NCBI GenBank assembly: GCA_965221905.1
Contig: OZ244922.1
Span: 1,792,001 to 1,856,000 of the forward strand
Direction: 5' to 3'
From: Chloroflexota bacterium
GTDB lineage: Bacteria; Chloroflexota; UBA11872; VXOZ01
Length of the DNA: 64,000 nucleotides
Shown here piece by piece: positions 29,350 through 39,228 of the stretch. The position numbers were made by a program, and so were the translations under genes. Within the stretch, counting starts at the first letter, position 1; each line of letters begins with the position of its first letter. The notes under the pieces are model-generated. The model was given only the letters and a program-made list of their open reading frames with translations. It was not told where the DNA came from and made no database searches.

Positions 29350-29443
29350 GAAATCACGCTCCTCGATGATCGCAACGATTCATGCGCGCATGGTAGTTTA
29401 CCTAAGCCCTGCGGTCAAGGCATGCGGCCCCGCCTGCGGAGGA

Positions 29444-30484
29444 CTAGCCTGCCAGAAGACGGCGAAACTGCCGGTAGCGGGGAATGATCTGCGTGAGCAG
29501 GTAGTATCCGGGACGATTCAACACGCGATCGTGTGCGCCCAGACGACGCACGTAACGCGCGCCGAAACCGCGCTTGAACCGATACACTCCCCACAATGGA
29601 TCGCTTTCATCCATCACGGTTGGCGCGCCCCAGAAATCGTACCAGCGGTACTCGTGGTCGATAAGCCACTGAATGGCATGCCACTGAAGCAGATAGTTGG
29701 GCATCTTGTCGCGATGCCGCTGGGACGAGGCACCGGTATAGAACCAGCCGGTGACTCCCGTGTGCATGAGAAAGAGACCGGCAACCGCCTCGCCGCCGAC
29801 GAACGCCATGAACGCCTCGCCTTGCCCGGACTGTTGGAACGAAGACCACAGAGCGTGATAGTAGCCTTCTTCACGAATCGCAAAGCCGTCGCGATTCGCG
29901 GTGTCCGCGTAGAGTTGAAACAACGTGCACCAATCGGTCGTCTGCTGAATATCGACACCGCGGCGCGAGGCCAGGCGGATGTTGTAGCGGGTTTTCGGTT
30001 TCATAGCAGCCAGCAGGGCATCCCGGCCGCCGCTTAAGTCGAGCATGGCGGTATGGGGAAACTGTATTTGTTCCTCGCTGGCGTGCCATCCGTTCTCGCG
30101 GTAGATTCCGGCTGCGGCCGTGTCGTCTGCAGGGAAATCAGGATCAATCTTGACATAAACCGCACGCGCGGCTCGCGCAACGGCGGTGATTTCATCGAGT
30201 ATGGCCGCAAACAGAGCTCGATCTGCATGGTCGAATAATGGACCTTTCGGTACATAGCCGATGGTCCATGGCAGCAAGGGAAGCCTACGCGTGAGCATGG
30301 TGAACGCGGCTACAACCTGCCCGTTACGCTCACATACGTAGCGCCGGGCTTGCCAGCCATACCGTACCTTGAGCGCGCCCCATTCCCAGGTTTGGAGAAA
30401 GTGCCGGCTGGGCAGCGCCCGCAGCGCCTGATCCCAGGTTGCGTGCGAGACACAGGCGATGACGTTTAGACCAGATGCGTTCAA
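29444..30484 (-). CDS. FemABX-family peptidoglycan bridge peptidyltransferase-like protein
   Basis: HFLQTWEWG, YVPKGP, KTRYNIRLA, YTGASS, YDFWG, GVYRFKRGF. Confidence 0.88.
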   Translation of the reverse strand: MNASGLNVIACVSHATWDQALRALPSRHFLQTWEWGALKVRYGWQARRYVCERNGQVVAAFTMLTRRLPLLPWTIGYVPKGPLFDHADRALFAAILDEITAVARAARAVYVKIDPDFPADDTAAAGIYRENGWHASEEQIQFPHTAMLDLSGGRDALLAAMKPKTRYNIRLASRRGVDIQQTTDWCTLFQLYADTANRDGFAIREEGYYHALWSSFQQSGQGEAFMAFVGGEAVAGLFLMHTGVTGWFYTGASSQRHRDKMPNYLLQWHAIQWLIDHEYRWYDFWGAPTVMDESDPLWGVYRFKRGFGARYVRRLGAHDRVLNRPGYYLLTQIIPRYRQFRRLLAG

Positions 30485-30523
30485 TGGACCGCGCTCACAA
30501 GACGTGCTAAACGTGTGGAGTCT

Positions 30524-31576
30524 TCAGAAACCGGGCAGCAGCTTACGTGTTAACGGCACCAGCTTTTGCCACATCCAGAATCGACGTGAATCAAGCGCTG
30601 CTTCTAAGGTGGGAGAGTACGTAACCATGCTTGGCGAAAACCCGCGCTTGAAACGATAGACCCCCGCTAGGGGGTCGGTTGCGCTTGGCGTCGTTGGCAT
30701 GCCCCACAGGTCGTAGGTGTGACAGCCGTGCTCCTTTGCCCAACACATGGCGTGCCACTGCAACCCGTGGCCAACACGTAAATCTCTCTCTTGGCTGGCG
30801 CTGGCGCCGAATAGGTACGTCGCCCTTCCACCGTACACCGTAAGAAGCAGGCCGCCCACGGGCTTACCGGCGTGTTCCGCCAAGAAGAGTTTTGCCATCC
30901 CCGCGTTTTCGAGGACTTCCCGCATCGTTGCGAAGTACGGCCGGGTATGAATACCAAAACCGTCACGCTCCGCTGTCTCCGTTAACAGTGAGTAGAACTC
31001 TTGCCAGTCTCGCTCGGTGCTTCCTTCCCGCACCGCCAGGCCGCGCCGGTCGGCCAGGCGAACATTGCGGCGCATACTACTCTGAAAGCCGGCAAACACG
31101 GTATCGCATGGAGGGCGGAGATCGATGGTCCCGGTTGCAGGCGGCTGTATGTAGTTAGGTGTCGTGACGAAATTGCAGGGAAGAACCGGGCCGTCGTCTT
31201 CTTCCCAAGGTGGTTCCACCCAGAGTACAAATGCGCGAGCGCGGCGCGCCTCGGCTGCTACTTGCTGGACGACGGCTCTTGCTACGCCACATTCCCCCGG
31301 AGCAGTGACCGGCCCGCGGGGCAGGTACGCGAGGGAGCCCAAGAATGGAACACGCCGCCGCAGCCATTGAGCCGCGGCGACAGGCTTTCCGTTGCGCAAA
31401 CAGAGCATGCGCGATGCGGTCCAACCCGTGCGAGACTTGAATTCGCCCCAACCCCAGCTCTGTAGCAGCTCACCGTCCCAAGTAGTAACCAATTCATCCC
31501 ATTGACGATGGGCCGGCGCCATCTCAAAGACAAGGTCGGTCGCCGCAGCTTCTGCGGCGACTTCTCCTTTCCGCAC
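30524..31576 (-). CDS. FemABX-family peptidoglycan bridge peptidyltransferase-like protein
   Basis: LLQSWGWGEFK, YLPRGP, RRNVRLA, YLFGAS, YDLWG, GVYRFKRGF. Confidence 0.88.
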   Translation of the reverse strand: MRKGEVAAEAAATDLVFEMAPAHRQWDELVTTWDGELLQSWGWGEFKSRTGWTASRMLCLRNGKPVAAAQWLRRRVPFLGSLAYLPRGPVTAPGECGVARAVVQQVAAEARRARAFVLWVEPPWEEDDGPVLPCNFVTTPNYIQPPATGTIDLRPPCDTVFAGFQSSMRRNVRLADRRGLAVREGSTERDWQEFYSLLTETAERDGFGIHTRPYFATMREVLENAGMAKLFLAEHAGKPVGGLLLTVYGGRATYLFGASASQERDLRVGHGLQWHAMCWAKEHGCHTYDLWGMPTTPSATDPLAGVYRFKRGFSPSMVTYSPTLEAALDSRRFWMWQKLVPLTRKLLPGF

Positions 31577-31579
31577 AGG

Positions 31580-32746
31580 CTATCCCTCAGCAGGCTGCGC
31601 AGAGCCGCGTGCTTGATCGTGCCGCAGTCGACCGATTGCAAGCATCAAACCGCCTAGGCCAAGGATTATTACGACGAGTGGAGCCCACGGGCCGAAATAG
31701 GGAATGAATGAAACGCCAAAGAGGATGAGCAGCCCAAGCAGCAATCCTAAGAACTGAATCATGCGTCGATTGCCATCAGAGAAGAAGCTAAGGATCAGTC
31801 TACCGAGAGTCATGCCGACGAACACCTGCGCTGAGAAGAGCGCGATGCCGTAGAGTAGGAGAGCAATCAACCCCAGTGGAATTCCGATTACGGTAATCAT
31901 CACGAGAACGGAAACGATCGGCACCACGATGAGGAAGACAATGCCCATTCCGATGCTCATGAGGGGTTTCTCAAGCAACTGATTCGACGCCGTAACCGTA
32001 AGCCGGGGGAATATGAGGAGCAGTGCGGTGCCATAGACTGCGGTCATGATGAGTCCGATGATACTTGGAACAAAAGAGCCTATTGAGAAACCGGTTTCGA
32101 TTTCCGCCTCCGCCGCCATTTCATGGTTCACGTCTCCACCGATATCTGCGCCGCCGGCAATCTCAGCCATCTTATCTGAGCGGTACGTGAGATCGCCGCC
32201 GATGCTCGCGTCTTCGGTAATGGTTAGGTCATCTACGCCAACATCGACATTTGAACCAACGCTGCCGTTGAGCGTTACCGTCTGCGCATTTCCGGCTATG
32301 CGGCGTTGTACCGTACCATCAAGCGTCAACGACGATACCGTGGCGATCAAGTCTCGGCCGATCGTTGCGCCACCGTGTATACCTGTAGAGTTGCCGAGCA
32401 GCAAGAGGTCTTCACCAATCGATCCAGATAGCGTCACACTGTTGGCAGTTATGCGCGCGCCGCGGGTAACGGTACCGTTCACTATCACCTCTTGGCCCAA
32501 GAGAAACACGTTTCCGTTCACGACCCCGTTGACAGTCAATAAGTTGCCGGCAGCAAAGAGATCACCGTTGACGATGCCGTTAACGGTGATGGTGGTGCCA
32601 AACAGATACAGGTCGTCATTGATGACCTCGTCTTCACCAATGCTAATCGACGTATCCGTGCGAAAATCAGCCGCGAAGGCGGCCGGTGCGCCGATGAGTG
32701 CAACGATGAATGCGATCAAGAGCGCGAGGCTAAGGCGTCGTTTCAT
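31580..32746 (-). CDS. exported beta-helix (bactofilin/polymer-forming-like repeat) membrane protein
   Basis: Signal peptide ending AAFA; repeats of the type V-x-G-x-V-x-G-D/N-L; about five C-terminal TM helices. Confidence 0.75.
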   Translation of the reverse strand: MKRRLSLALLIAFIVALIGAPAAFAADFRTDTSISIGEDEVINDDLYLFGTTITVNGIVNGDLFAAGNLLTVNGVVNGNVFLLGQEVIVNGTVTRGARITANSVTLSGSIGEDLLLLGNSTGIHGGATIGRDLIATVSSLTLDGTVQRRIAGNAQTVTLNGSVGSNVDVGVDDLTITEDASIGGDLTYRSDKMAEIAGGADIGGDVNHEMAAEAEIETGFSIGSFVPSIIGLIMTAVYGTALLLIFPRLTVTASNQLLEKPLMSIGMGIVFLIVVPIVSVLVMITVIGIPLGLIALLLYGIALFSAQVFVGMTLGRLILSFFSDGNRRMIQFLGLLLGLLILFGVSFIPYFGPWAPLVVIILGLGGLMLAIGRLRHDQARGSAQPAEG

Positions 32747-32798
32747 CTCACATTTTCTCCTTCTGGACAAGGGCGAAGTTACTCTTCATACTTTCTTT

Positions 32799-33518
32799 TC
32801 AGGGTACCTTATTCGCACTGTGCACTGCTACTGTACCGAGCCCGAGGTAGCGGTACGACACCTCTGCAAATCCTGATTCCCGCATGGCTTGGGCCAGGGT
32901 TGGCGCGTTCGGGAATGCTTGCAGGGACGTGGGCAAATAGGTGTATGCCTCTTGGTGACTCACCAGCAGTTTTCCTAGGGCTGGTACAACGTTGTTGAAG
33001 TAAAGTTGAAAGGCGCTCCGAAACCCCGGAATGGGCGGGTGCGTGATCTCCAGCGTGATGAAGCGTCCGCCCGGCCGCAGCACGCGGTGGCACTCGGTGA
33101 AGAATTCTCCGAGATCAACAAGATTACGGAGCAGGAACGCATTCGTTACAACGTCAACACTGGCGTCTTGCAGCGGCAGGGAGAGAACATTTGCTTGCAG
33201 GAACTCCACCGGGAAGCGTTGCTCCGGCAGGCGCGCATGCTTCTCTTGCGCGAGGCTGAGCATCGGAGGAGAGAAATCGGCGCCGAGGATCATGCAGGGC
33301 GCCATGGCTTCCTGCATCACCGCAAAACCCAGGTCACCGGTCCCGCAAGCGAGATCCAGGATGACGCGGGGATCATCGCCCACGATCTGACGCGCTACCG
33401 AGCGCCGCCATAGGTGGTGGGCGCCTGCCGTCATGACTGTGTTCATTAAGTCATACGTCGGCGCGATGGCATCGAACATGCGCCGGACATACGTCGGTTT
33501 CTCTTGTTGTGAGACCAT
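32799..33518 (-). CDS. menG: UbiE/MenG quinone biosynthesis methyltransferase
   Basis: VRRMFDAIAPTYDLMN, LDLACGTGD, RVLRPGG, AYTYLP. Confidence 0.9.
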   Translation of the reverse strand: MVSQQEKPTYVRRMFDAIAPTYDLMNTVMTAGAHHLWRRSVARQIVGDDPRVILDLACGTGDLGFAVMQEAMAPCMILGADFSPPMLSLAQEKHARLPEQRFPVEFLQANVLSLPLQDASVDVVTNAFLLRNLVDLGEFFTECHRVLRPGGRFITLEITHPPIPGFRSAFQLYFNNVVPALGKLLVSHQEAYTYLPTSLQAFPNAPTLAQAMRESGFAEVSYRYLGLGTVAVHSANKVP

Positions 33519-33586
33519 CGCACCGTGATTCAGAATAGTGCGGAGATGAGGCCGCACCGGAGAGACGCCCAAACCGGCTCTAGCGG

Positions 33587-35056
33587 TTACTCCGCGCGCA
33601 ACGTGGCGACGACGTTTTCATCCAACGGATATATTGGCCGCACGCAGTGTTCGTACGGCAGTGACTCGAGATTGAGGCTCGCGGAGCCCGGCGTGTCCAG
33701 GTGGACGATGCGGGATGCAATCGACTCATACCACGTGCGGAATCCGTTAGGGGACTTCGCGACAACCAGAGAGAAGTCTTGCGGTTCAAGACCGAATGCT
33801 TGAAAGACTCTGCGGCCTACAAAGAGAACGTAACGCTCAGTGGTGAGCAGCACGATATTCCCGATGGTAAGCACAGCCGTGCGCCCTGCCTGCTCCACGA
33901 CTCCGTTCTCGTAGGCAAACGCGCCGTCATGCAAGCTCTTTACATAAACTGTAGTCGTGAACGGCGTGTGGCGGGTGGGGTCCATGGTGCCGCCCAGCGG
34001 AATAGTGATCTTACTCCCCACACCGGCTGCAAACGCGGCCGCCACTGCCGGCACGTCAACGAGCGGTATCAACGCGCGGCCACTATACTCCTGTGCCAGC
34101 AGTTCCTTGAGCACGGCATTGCTATCGCCCGGTGCTCCGGAAGATGTGGCATCGGCAGCATCGGAAAAGACCGTAAGGCCGGGTGTCTTTTGTGCCGTGG
34201 CAACCGCTTCCGGGAGTGCAGTCAGTTCTGCCATCCACAAGTCCCGATTCTCCCACATGAACTCCGCAATTCGTTCAGCTTCTGCTTTGGCCCGCGCTTC
34301 ATCACCGTCCGTCGTCACAATGACGTAAGACTGTAGACCGGGCACGTCGGTAAACGGATTAGAGAGATAGATGTTTGCGACCAGTCCACCCGGAGAGTCT
34401 TCGAGAGCTTGGCACATGCGAATGGCATCGCCAAAGCGTCCGGTGGCCGTGAGTAGCTCATCGCCCCGGGCCATCAACGGAATGGCAACTCGGGCCGTAA
34501 TCGGCTTTGCGCCGTCATTCAGAATACGCAACAGGTTTCGGGCCGCCCGTGCTCCCGTCTCATAGAAGTCCGTATGCGGATAGGTGTGGTAGCCGACCAG
34601 CATGTCTGCTCCCTGGAGCATGCGGTCAGTGATCACGGCGTGGAGATCAAGCGAAGCGACGATAGGAACACGCCCCATGCATGCACGGAGCGCCTCGAGC
34701 AGCTTGCCCTCCGGGTCGAATTCAGTCGGGCTGGCCATAGCGCCATGGAGGACGAGGAGTACGCCGTCCACATCCTGATTCTCTTCCGCTTCAGCCAGGA
34801 TGTCTTGTATCAACCGGTCGAGAACGGCATCAACTACCGGCCCGTGCGGTACGGCCCAGGCTGCCACTGTCGGTACAATTTCAACGTCACCGTGTTCGGC
34901 AAAGACGTCCAGCGCGCCCGCTATCTCAGTATTCGTGCCCTGAAGCTCAGCCAGAATGGCAGCGCCCCGCACGACAAGAAAGTCCTCATACTGAGTCCGA
35001 TGCGGGTTGAAGGTTGACGTCTCTTGCTGCAATTCTGCGATAAGGACACGCGTCAT
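33587..35056 (-). CDS. M81 family metallopeptidase (MlrC-like)
   Basis: QETSTFNP, LHGAM, LDLHA, YHTYPHTD. Confidence 0.9.
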   Translation of the reverse strand: MTRVLIAELQQETSTFNPHRTQYEDFLVVRGAAILAELQGTNTEIAGALDVFAEHGDVEIVPTVAAWAVPHGPVVDAVLDRLIQDILAEAEENQDVDGVLLVLHGAMASPTEFDPEGKLLEALRACMGRVPIVASLDLHAVITDRMLQGADMLVGYHTYPHTDFYETGARAARNLLRILNDGAKPITARVAIPLMARGDELLTATGRFGDAIRMCQALEDSPGGLVANIYLSNPFTDVPGLQSYVIVTTDGDEARAKAEAERIAEFMWENRDLWMAELTALPEAVATAQKTPGLTVFSDAADATSSGAPGDSNAVLKELLAQEYSGRALIPLVDVPAVAAAFAAGVGSKITIPLGGTMDPTRHTPFTTTVYVKSLHDGAFAYENGVVEQAGRTAVLTIGNIVLLTTERYVLFVGRRVFQAFGLEPQDFSLVVAKSPNGFRTWYESIASRIVHLDTPGSASLNLESLPYEHCVRPIYPLDENVVATLRAE

Positions 35057-35091
35057 GGGAACCCCCTTCGCCTCGCGCGATTGATTTTAGG

Positions 35092-36117
35092 TTACTGTCG
35101 TCGCTCTATGACGTAGTCGATGAGCATATTGAGGGAATCGCGGCTGTCGCCGGAAGGAACAGCGTTCAAAGCCGAGCGCGCCCGCTCGCCGAACTGCCAT
35201 GCCATGTCATAGGCGATCTCGATCGCTCCGGAATCGCGAATTGCCTCCACCGCTTCCCAAACGGCGCTCTCGTTGTCCACTTCCTGATTGAGCAACCCGG
35301 TTACGGCGGCATGTGCCGGCTCTTGCCGCAAGAAAATGATGATGGGCAGCGTAATGGTCCCTTCACGCAAGTCCCCACCGACGGGCTTGCCCAGCTCCTC
35401 TTCCGAGCCCGTAATGTCAAGGATGTCGTCCGCAATCTGAAAGGCCGTACCTAGATTCTCGCCATATCTGCGCAGGGCTTGTCGTTCTTCCTCCGATGCG
35501 CCGCCAACCAGTCCGCCCGCCTCGCAACACAGCTCGAGAAGAGACGCGGTCTTTCCCTGAACTTTCCGAAAATACTCGTCTTCCAAGACATCCGTCTGCT
35601 CGATGCTTGAGAACTGTGTCGTCTCGCTCGCAACCATACGCATGACGGTACGAGCCAACATGCGGACAAGCGCCGGATCGCCCATTTGTGCGACGATATA
35701 GGAGCACTTGGCGAAGAGGTAGTCACCGGAGAGCACGGCAAGGGTGTTGGACCACATCGAATTAGCCGTGGGTAAGCCGCGACGCACGTAGGCGTGGTCT
35801 ATCACGTCGTCATGGATAAGCGTTGCGGCATGGAGGATCTCAATCGCTGCGGCGACCTTCACTGCGCGTGCGTCTGCCGGCGTCTGCACCGATGCGCAGA
35901 GCAAGGTGATTAGCGGACGCAGCTTCTTGCCGCCGGCCGCCAGTATGTGGCGCACCAATTGAGAGAGAGCAGGACTTGGCGATTCTTCCCATACGGCAGC
36001 GAGGAAGACGTCTACCCGCTCGAGCCCTTCCGCCACAGGCGACGCTATTTGGGCGATTGGCGCCCGCGTTTCAATCGGGTGCGCCGGGGGCGGGGATTCT
36101 GAAAGTCGTCTGGGCAT
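35092..36117 (-). CDS. polyprenyl diphosphate synthase
   Basis: GGKKLRP, LIHDDVID (FARM), RRG, GKTA, FQIADDILD (SARM); start overlaps tatD and is uncertain. Confidence 0.93.
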   Translation of the reverse strand: MPRRLSESPPPAHPIETRAPIAQIASPVAEGLERVDVFLAAVWEESPSPALSQLVRHILAAGGKKLRPLITLLCASVQTPADARAVKVAAAIEILHAATLIHDDVIDHAYVRRGLPTANSMWSNTLAVLSGDYLFAKCSYIVAQMGDPALVRMLARTVMRMVASETTQFSSIEQTDVLEDEYFRKVQGKTASLLELCCEAGGLVGGASEEERQALRRYGENLGTAFQIADDILDITGSEEELGKPVGGDLREGTITLPIIIFLRQEPAHAAVTGLLNQEVDNESAVWEAVEAIRDSGAIEIAYDMAWQFGERARSALNAVPSGDSRDSLNMLIDYVIERRQ

Positions 36118-36850
36118 TGGTGTCCGTGATCTCTTCTAGCTCTTCTGGTGCTACGCCGCGCCTCTCAGCGATAGAATCCAGAGTATACCGAATGTATGCA
36201 GGCTCGTTGCGCTTGCCGCGGTGCGGAACAGGCGCGAGATACGGGCAATCCGTCTCAATCAAGAGCCTATCAGATGGTACCATCTTTGCAACGTCATGTA
36301 ACTTTTCCGCCGACCGGAACGTTACCGGCCCCGCAAGCGAAATCATGCACCCGAGATCGATGAATGCTGTCGCCTGAGCGCTATCGCCGGAGAAGCAATG
36401 CATAATGACTTTGGTTGGTTGGCGGGCATGTGAGAGCACCTGGTAGACGTCAGGGTAGGCATCGCGCATGTGGACGACTACGGGTAGCTGGGACTCTGCC
36501 GCGATAGCAAGCTGCTTGGAAAAGGCATTCTGCTGAGCGGGCCTGGAGGCGTAGTTGCGATAGTAGTCGAGGCCGGTCTCACCAACGGCCACCACCTTAG
36601 GCGCGCGCGCTAGCGCTTTCAATTGACGCCAGGTGGCGGAAGTACACGATTCGGTCTCGTGCGGATGCACGCCGACCGTCGCCCAACAGTTGGGATACCG
36701 AGCGGCAATGTCTACGGCTGCCTGACTTGAGGGTAAGTCCACGCCTACCACCACAATAGCCGTCACATTTATTGCCGCAGCGCACTCGATCACCGCTGGC
36801 AAGTCTGCGGCAAAGCGAGGTGAGTTGAGGTGGGCGTGAGTATCCGTCAT
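36071..36850 (-). CDS. tatD: TatD family hydrolase
   Basis: DTHAHL, GVHPH, GETGLDY, HCFSG, ETDCPYL. Confidence 0.95.
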   Translation of the reverse strand: MTDTHAHLNSPRFAADLPAVIECAAAINVTAIVVVGVDLPSSQAAVDIAARYPNCWATVGVHPHETESCTSATWRQLKALARAPKVVAVGETGLDYYRNYASRPAQQNAFSKQLAIAAESQLPVVVHMRDAYPDVYQVLSHARQPTKVIMHCFSGDSAQATAFIDLGCMISLAGPVTFRSAEKLHDVAKMVPSDRLLIETDCPYLAPVPHRGKRNEPAYIRYTLDSIAERRGVAPEELEEITDTNAQTTFRIPAPGAPD

Positions 36851-36883
36851 GCGCGTACTCGTTAGGTCCGGCTACGCTCTCAC

Positions 36884-38419
36884 TTAGGCCTCCGGCACTT
36901 CCAGGCGGGGAAAGAGCGGCTTACCGGTAGTAATCGTCCGCTCCGGCGTGAGAAGCCCCCATTTAAGGCAGGGCTCCCAAGCGCCGTTAACCAGGGGTGG
37001 CTCGCCTACTCGTTCCAGCACGACGTCCGCAGTTTGCGGTATATAGGGACCGAGCAAAACAGCCAGGATGCGCACCGCTTCGGTAACGTTGTAGAGTACT
37101 GTTCCCAGGCGCTCGCGCCGATCGGGTACTTTGGCGAGTTCCCAGGGGGCGTTCTCCTCAATGTACCGATTCGCCCGTGTAACGAGCGTCCAAATACTGT
37201 CCAGTGCCGCGTCGAGGTCCCATGACTCAAGCCCGCGCTCAGCGCCCGCGCCCGCACTCTGCGCTACTTCACGCAAAGAAGCATCGAGCGCCGTTTCGGC
37301 CCCAGGGGCAGGCAATACGCCGTCAAAGTACCGTGAAACCATGGATGTCGTGCGTTGGACGAGATTGCCCAGGTCGTTGGCCAAATCGGCATTGTAACGG
37401 TTATAGAAGCTCTCCCATGAAAAAACGCCGTCTTGGTCGAAGGGGATTTCACGCACCAGGTAGTAGCGCACGGCATCGGCGCCGAACTCGTCTACCATCT
37501 CAAAGGGGTCTACGCCCGTACCGCGTGTCTTGCTCATCTTCTCGCCGCGGAACATGATCCAGCCGTGGGCCCAGACGGTCTTCGGCAGGGGCACTCCGGC
37601 TGACATCAGCATTGCCGGCCAGTACACGCAATGAAAACGGATAATGTCCTTACCAACCACGTGCGCATCCGCCGGCCAGTAGCGCTCGAACAAGCTATCG
37701 TCTTGTCCAAAGCCAACGCCGGTGATGTAGTTGGCAAGCGCATCGAACCAGACGTAGATTACCTGTTCCTCGTCGAAGGAAACAGGAATGCCCCAGGTCT
37801 TGTTGGCGCGCGAGATGCTAAAGTCCCGCAATTCGCCGCGCACCATATTGACAACTTCATTCCGCCGGAAGTCAGGCAAGACGGACTCGGGGTGCTCCTC
37901 GTATAACGCCAGCAGCCGGTCTTGGTACTTGGAAAGGGCAAAGAAGTAGTTGTCTTCCTCCGTCCACTCCGGTTCGGCATCGTGGACGGGGCATTTGCCG
38001 TCTACAAGGTCATCGTCACTATAGAAGGCCTCGCAGGGGAGGCAGTACCACCCGGCATAGGTTCCTTTATAGATGTCACCGGCGTCATAACACTTCTGCA
38101 ACAAGAGCCGTGCTGCGTGCTTGTGGCGCTCCTCAGTGGTGCGGATGAAGCAGTCGTGCGAGATATTGAGCTTCTCCCACAGCTCCCTGAAGAACTCAGC
38201 CATTTCGTCGCAGTAGGCTTGGGGGTCTTTGCCTTGGCTGCGCGCCTGGCGCTCGACGTTCAAGCTGTTCTCGTCAAGACCCGTCAGGAAGAAGGTGTCG
38301 TACCCCTTCAAGCGACGATAGCGCGCCTGCACGTCACAGCCGATAGTACAAAAGGCCGTGCCGATGTGGGGCTTGGCGTTGGGGTAGTAAATGGGTGTTG
38401 TGAGATAGTACGTACTCAT
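36884..38419 (-). CDS. metG: methionine--tRNA ligase (short form)
   Basis: TTPIYYPN, HIGT (HIGH variant), YVWFDAL, GKDIIRFH, KMSKT. Confidence 0.97.
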   Translation of the reverse strand: MSTYYLTTPIYYPNAKPHIGTAFCTIGCDVQARYRRLKGYDTFFLTGLDENSLNVERQARSQGKDPQAYCDEMAEFFRELWEKLNISHDCFIRTTEERHKHAARLLLQKCYDAGDIYKGTYAGWYCLPCEAFYSDDDLVDGKCPVHDAEPEWTEEDNYFFALSKYQDRLLALYEEHPESVLPDFRRNEVVNMVRGELRDFSISRANKTWGIPVSFDEEQVIYVWFDALANYITGVGFGQDDSLFERYWPADAHVVGKDIIRFHCVYWPAMLMSAGVPLPKTVWAHGWIMFRGEKMSKTRGTGVDPFEMVDEFGADAVRYYLVREIPFDQDGVFSWESFYNRYNADLANDLGNLVQRTTSMVSRYFDGVLPAPGAETALDASLREVAQSAGAGAERGLESWDLDAALDSIWTLVTRANRYIEENAPWELAKVPDRRERLGTVLYNVTEAVRILAVLLGPYIPQTADVVLERVGEPPLVNGAWEPCLKWGLLTPERTITTGKPLFPRLEVPEA

Positions 38420-38459
38420 GAATCCAAGACTAGAAAGCGCAAGAAGTGCTGAGAAATTC

Positions 38460-38490
38460 GGTATGATGGTGAGACTGAAACCATCATACC
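38460..38490. promoter_or_regulatory. perfect 11-bp inverted repeat carrying a -10-like TATGAT on each strand
   Basis: GGTATGATGGT-N9-ACCATCATACC between divergent metG and higA. Confidence 0.6.
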
Positions 38491-38632
38491 ATGCAGCTAA
38501 TTAAGACCCAACTTGCTTTGTGCCTGGCGTTAGCTAGATGCTTGCGGGCTCGAAGGCGGCATTAGTGTAAGAGGCAAAGTGTGGGACAATAGCCCCAACG
38601 TACCAGTCAGACTGCTTGATGAGGAAATTGGC

Positions 38633-38965
38633 GTGCGCGTTTGCAATGGCATGAAGCCGATACACCCGGGAAAAGTGTTAGGCGAAGAACTCCAAGAACT
38701 TGGCTTGTCGGCTAACGGCTTGGCCAAGGCACTTGGAGTCCCGACCAATCGCATCACGGCCATTCTAAACGGTCAGCGTGGCATCACTGCCGATACGGCG
38801 CTCCGCCTTTCACGATATTTTGGCACTTCGCCACAACTTTGGCTGAGTCTCCAGCAGGCATTCGAGTTGCGGAAAGTGGAGGTTAATTCGGGGGATGACA
38901 TCGCCGATCGAGTAGAACCACGAGCGATAGCACAGGTTGCCGGAACTGAGCCAAATGACGGCTAG
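38633..38965 (+). CDS. higA: HigA family addiction-module antitoxin (orphan)
   Basis: NGMKPIHPG, LAKALGVPTNRITAILNGQRGITADTALRL, W-L-x-L-Q; GAGGA RBS before GTG 38633 (alternative ATG 38651). Confidence 0.9.
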   Translation: MRVCNGMKPIHPGKVLGEELQELGLSANGLAKALGVPTNRITAILNGQRGITADTALRLSRYFGTSPQLWLSLQQAFELRKVEVNSGDDIADRVEPRAIAQVAGTEPNDG

Positions 38966-39228
38966 ACAACGCCGCTGGAATTGGTGCGGAGTGGCCCAAA
39001 TCTGAATCGTCTTGTCCTGCCCAGTGAGGTGAATGAGGTCGCGCAGCACGGAGACACCAGTAGAGTCTGGCACCGACGAGTCTCATGTCTGGCAAAGTCG
39101 GTGCCGTGGCCGGATTATGCTCATGCCAGGTGTGGCGAGACCTGTGTTACACTTCCCAACATATTATCCCCTCGTCTATGAGTACAACTGGACATAACAC
39201 CAATATTAACGAACGGGAGGTACATGCC

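Noticed and set aside
29129-30037. 302-aa plus-strand ORF, and similar long ORFs at 32046-32876, 52727-53503, 21584-22246, 59157-59834 and 33701-34336
   Set aside because: Antisense shadows of well-supported genes in GC-rich DNA, with no recognisable motifs
36071-36117. 47-bp tatD/prenyl synthase overlap as programmed recoding
   Set aside because: No slippery site; explained by start-codon uncertainty or stop-codon drift in a compact operon
38420-38632. T-box or SAM riboswitch upstream of metG
   Set aside because: No T-box consensus or SAM-I core visible, and the leader appears short
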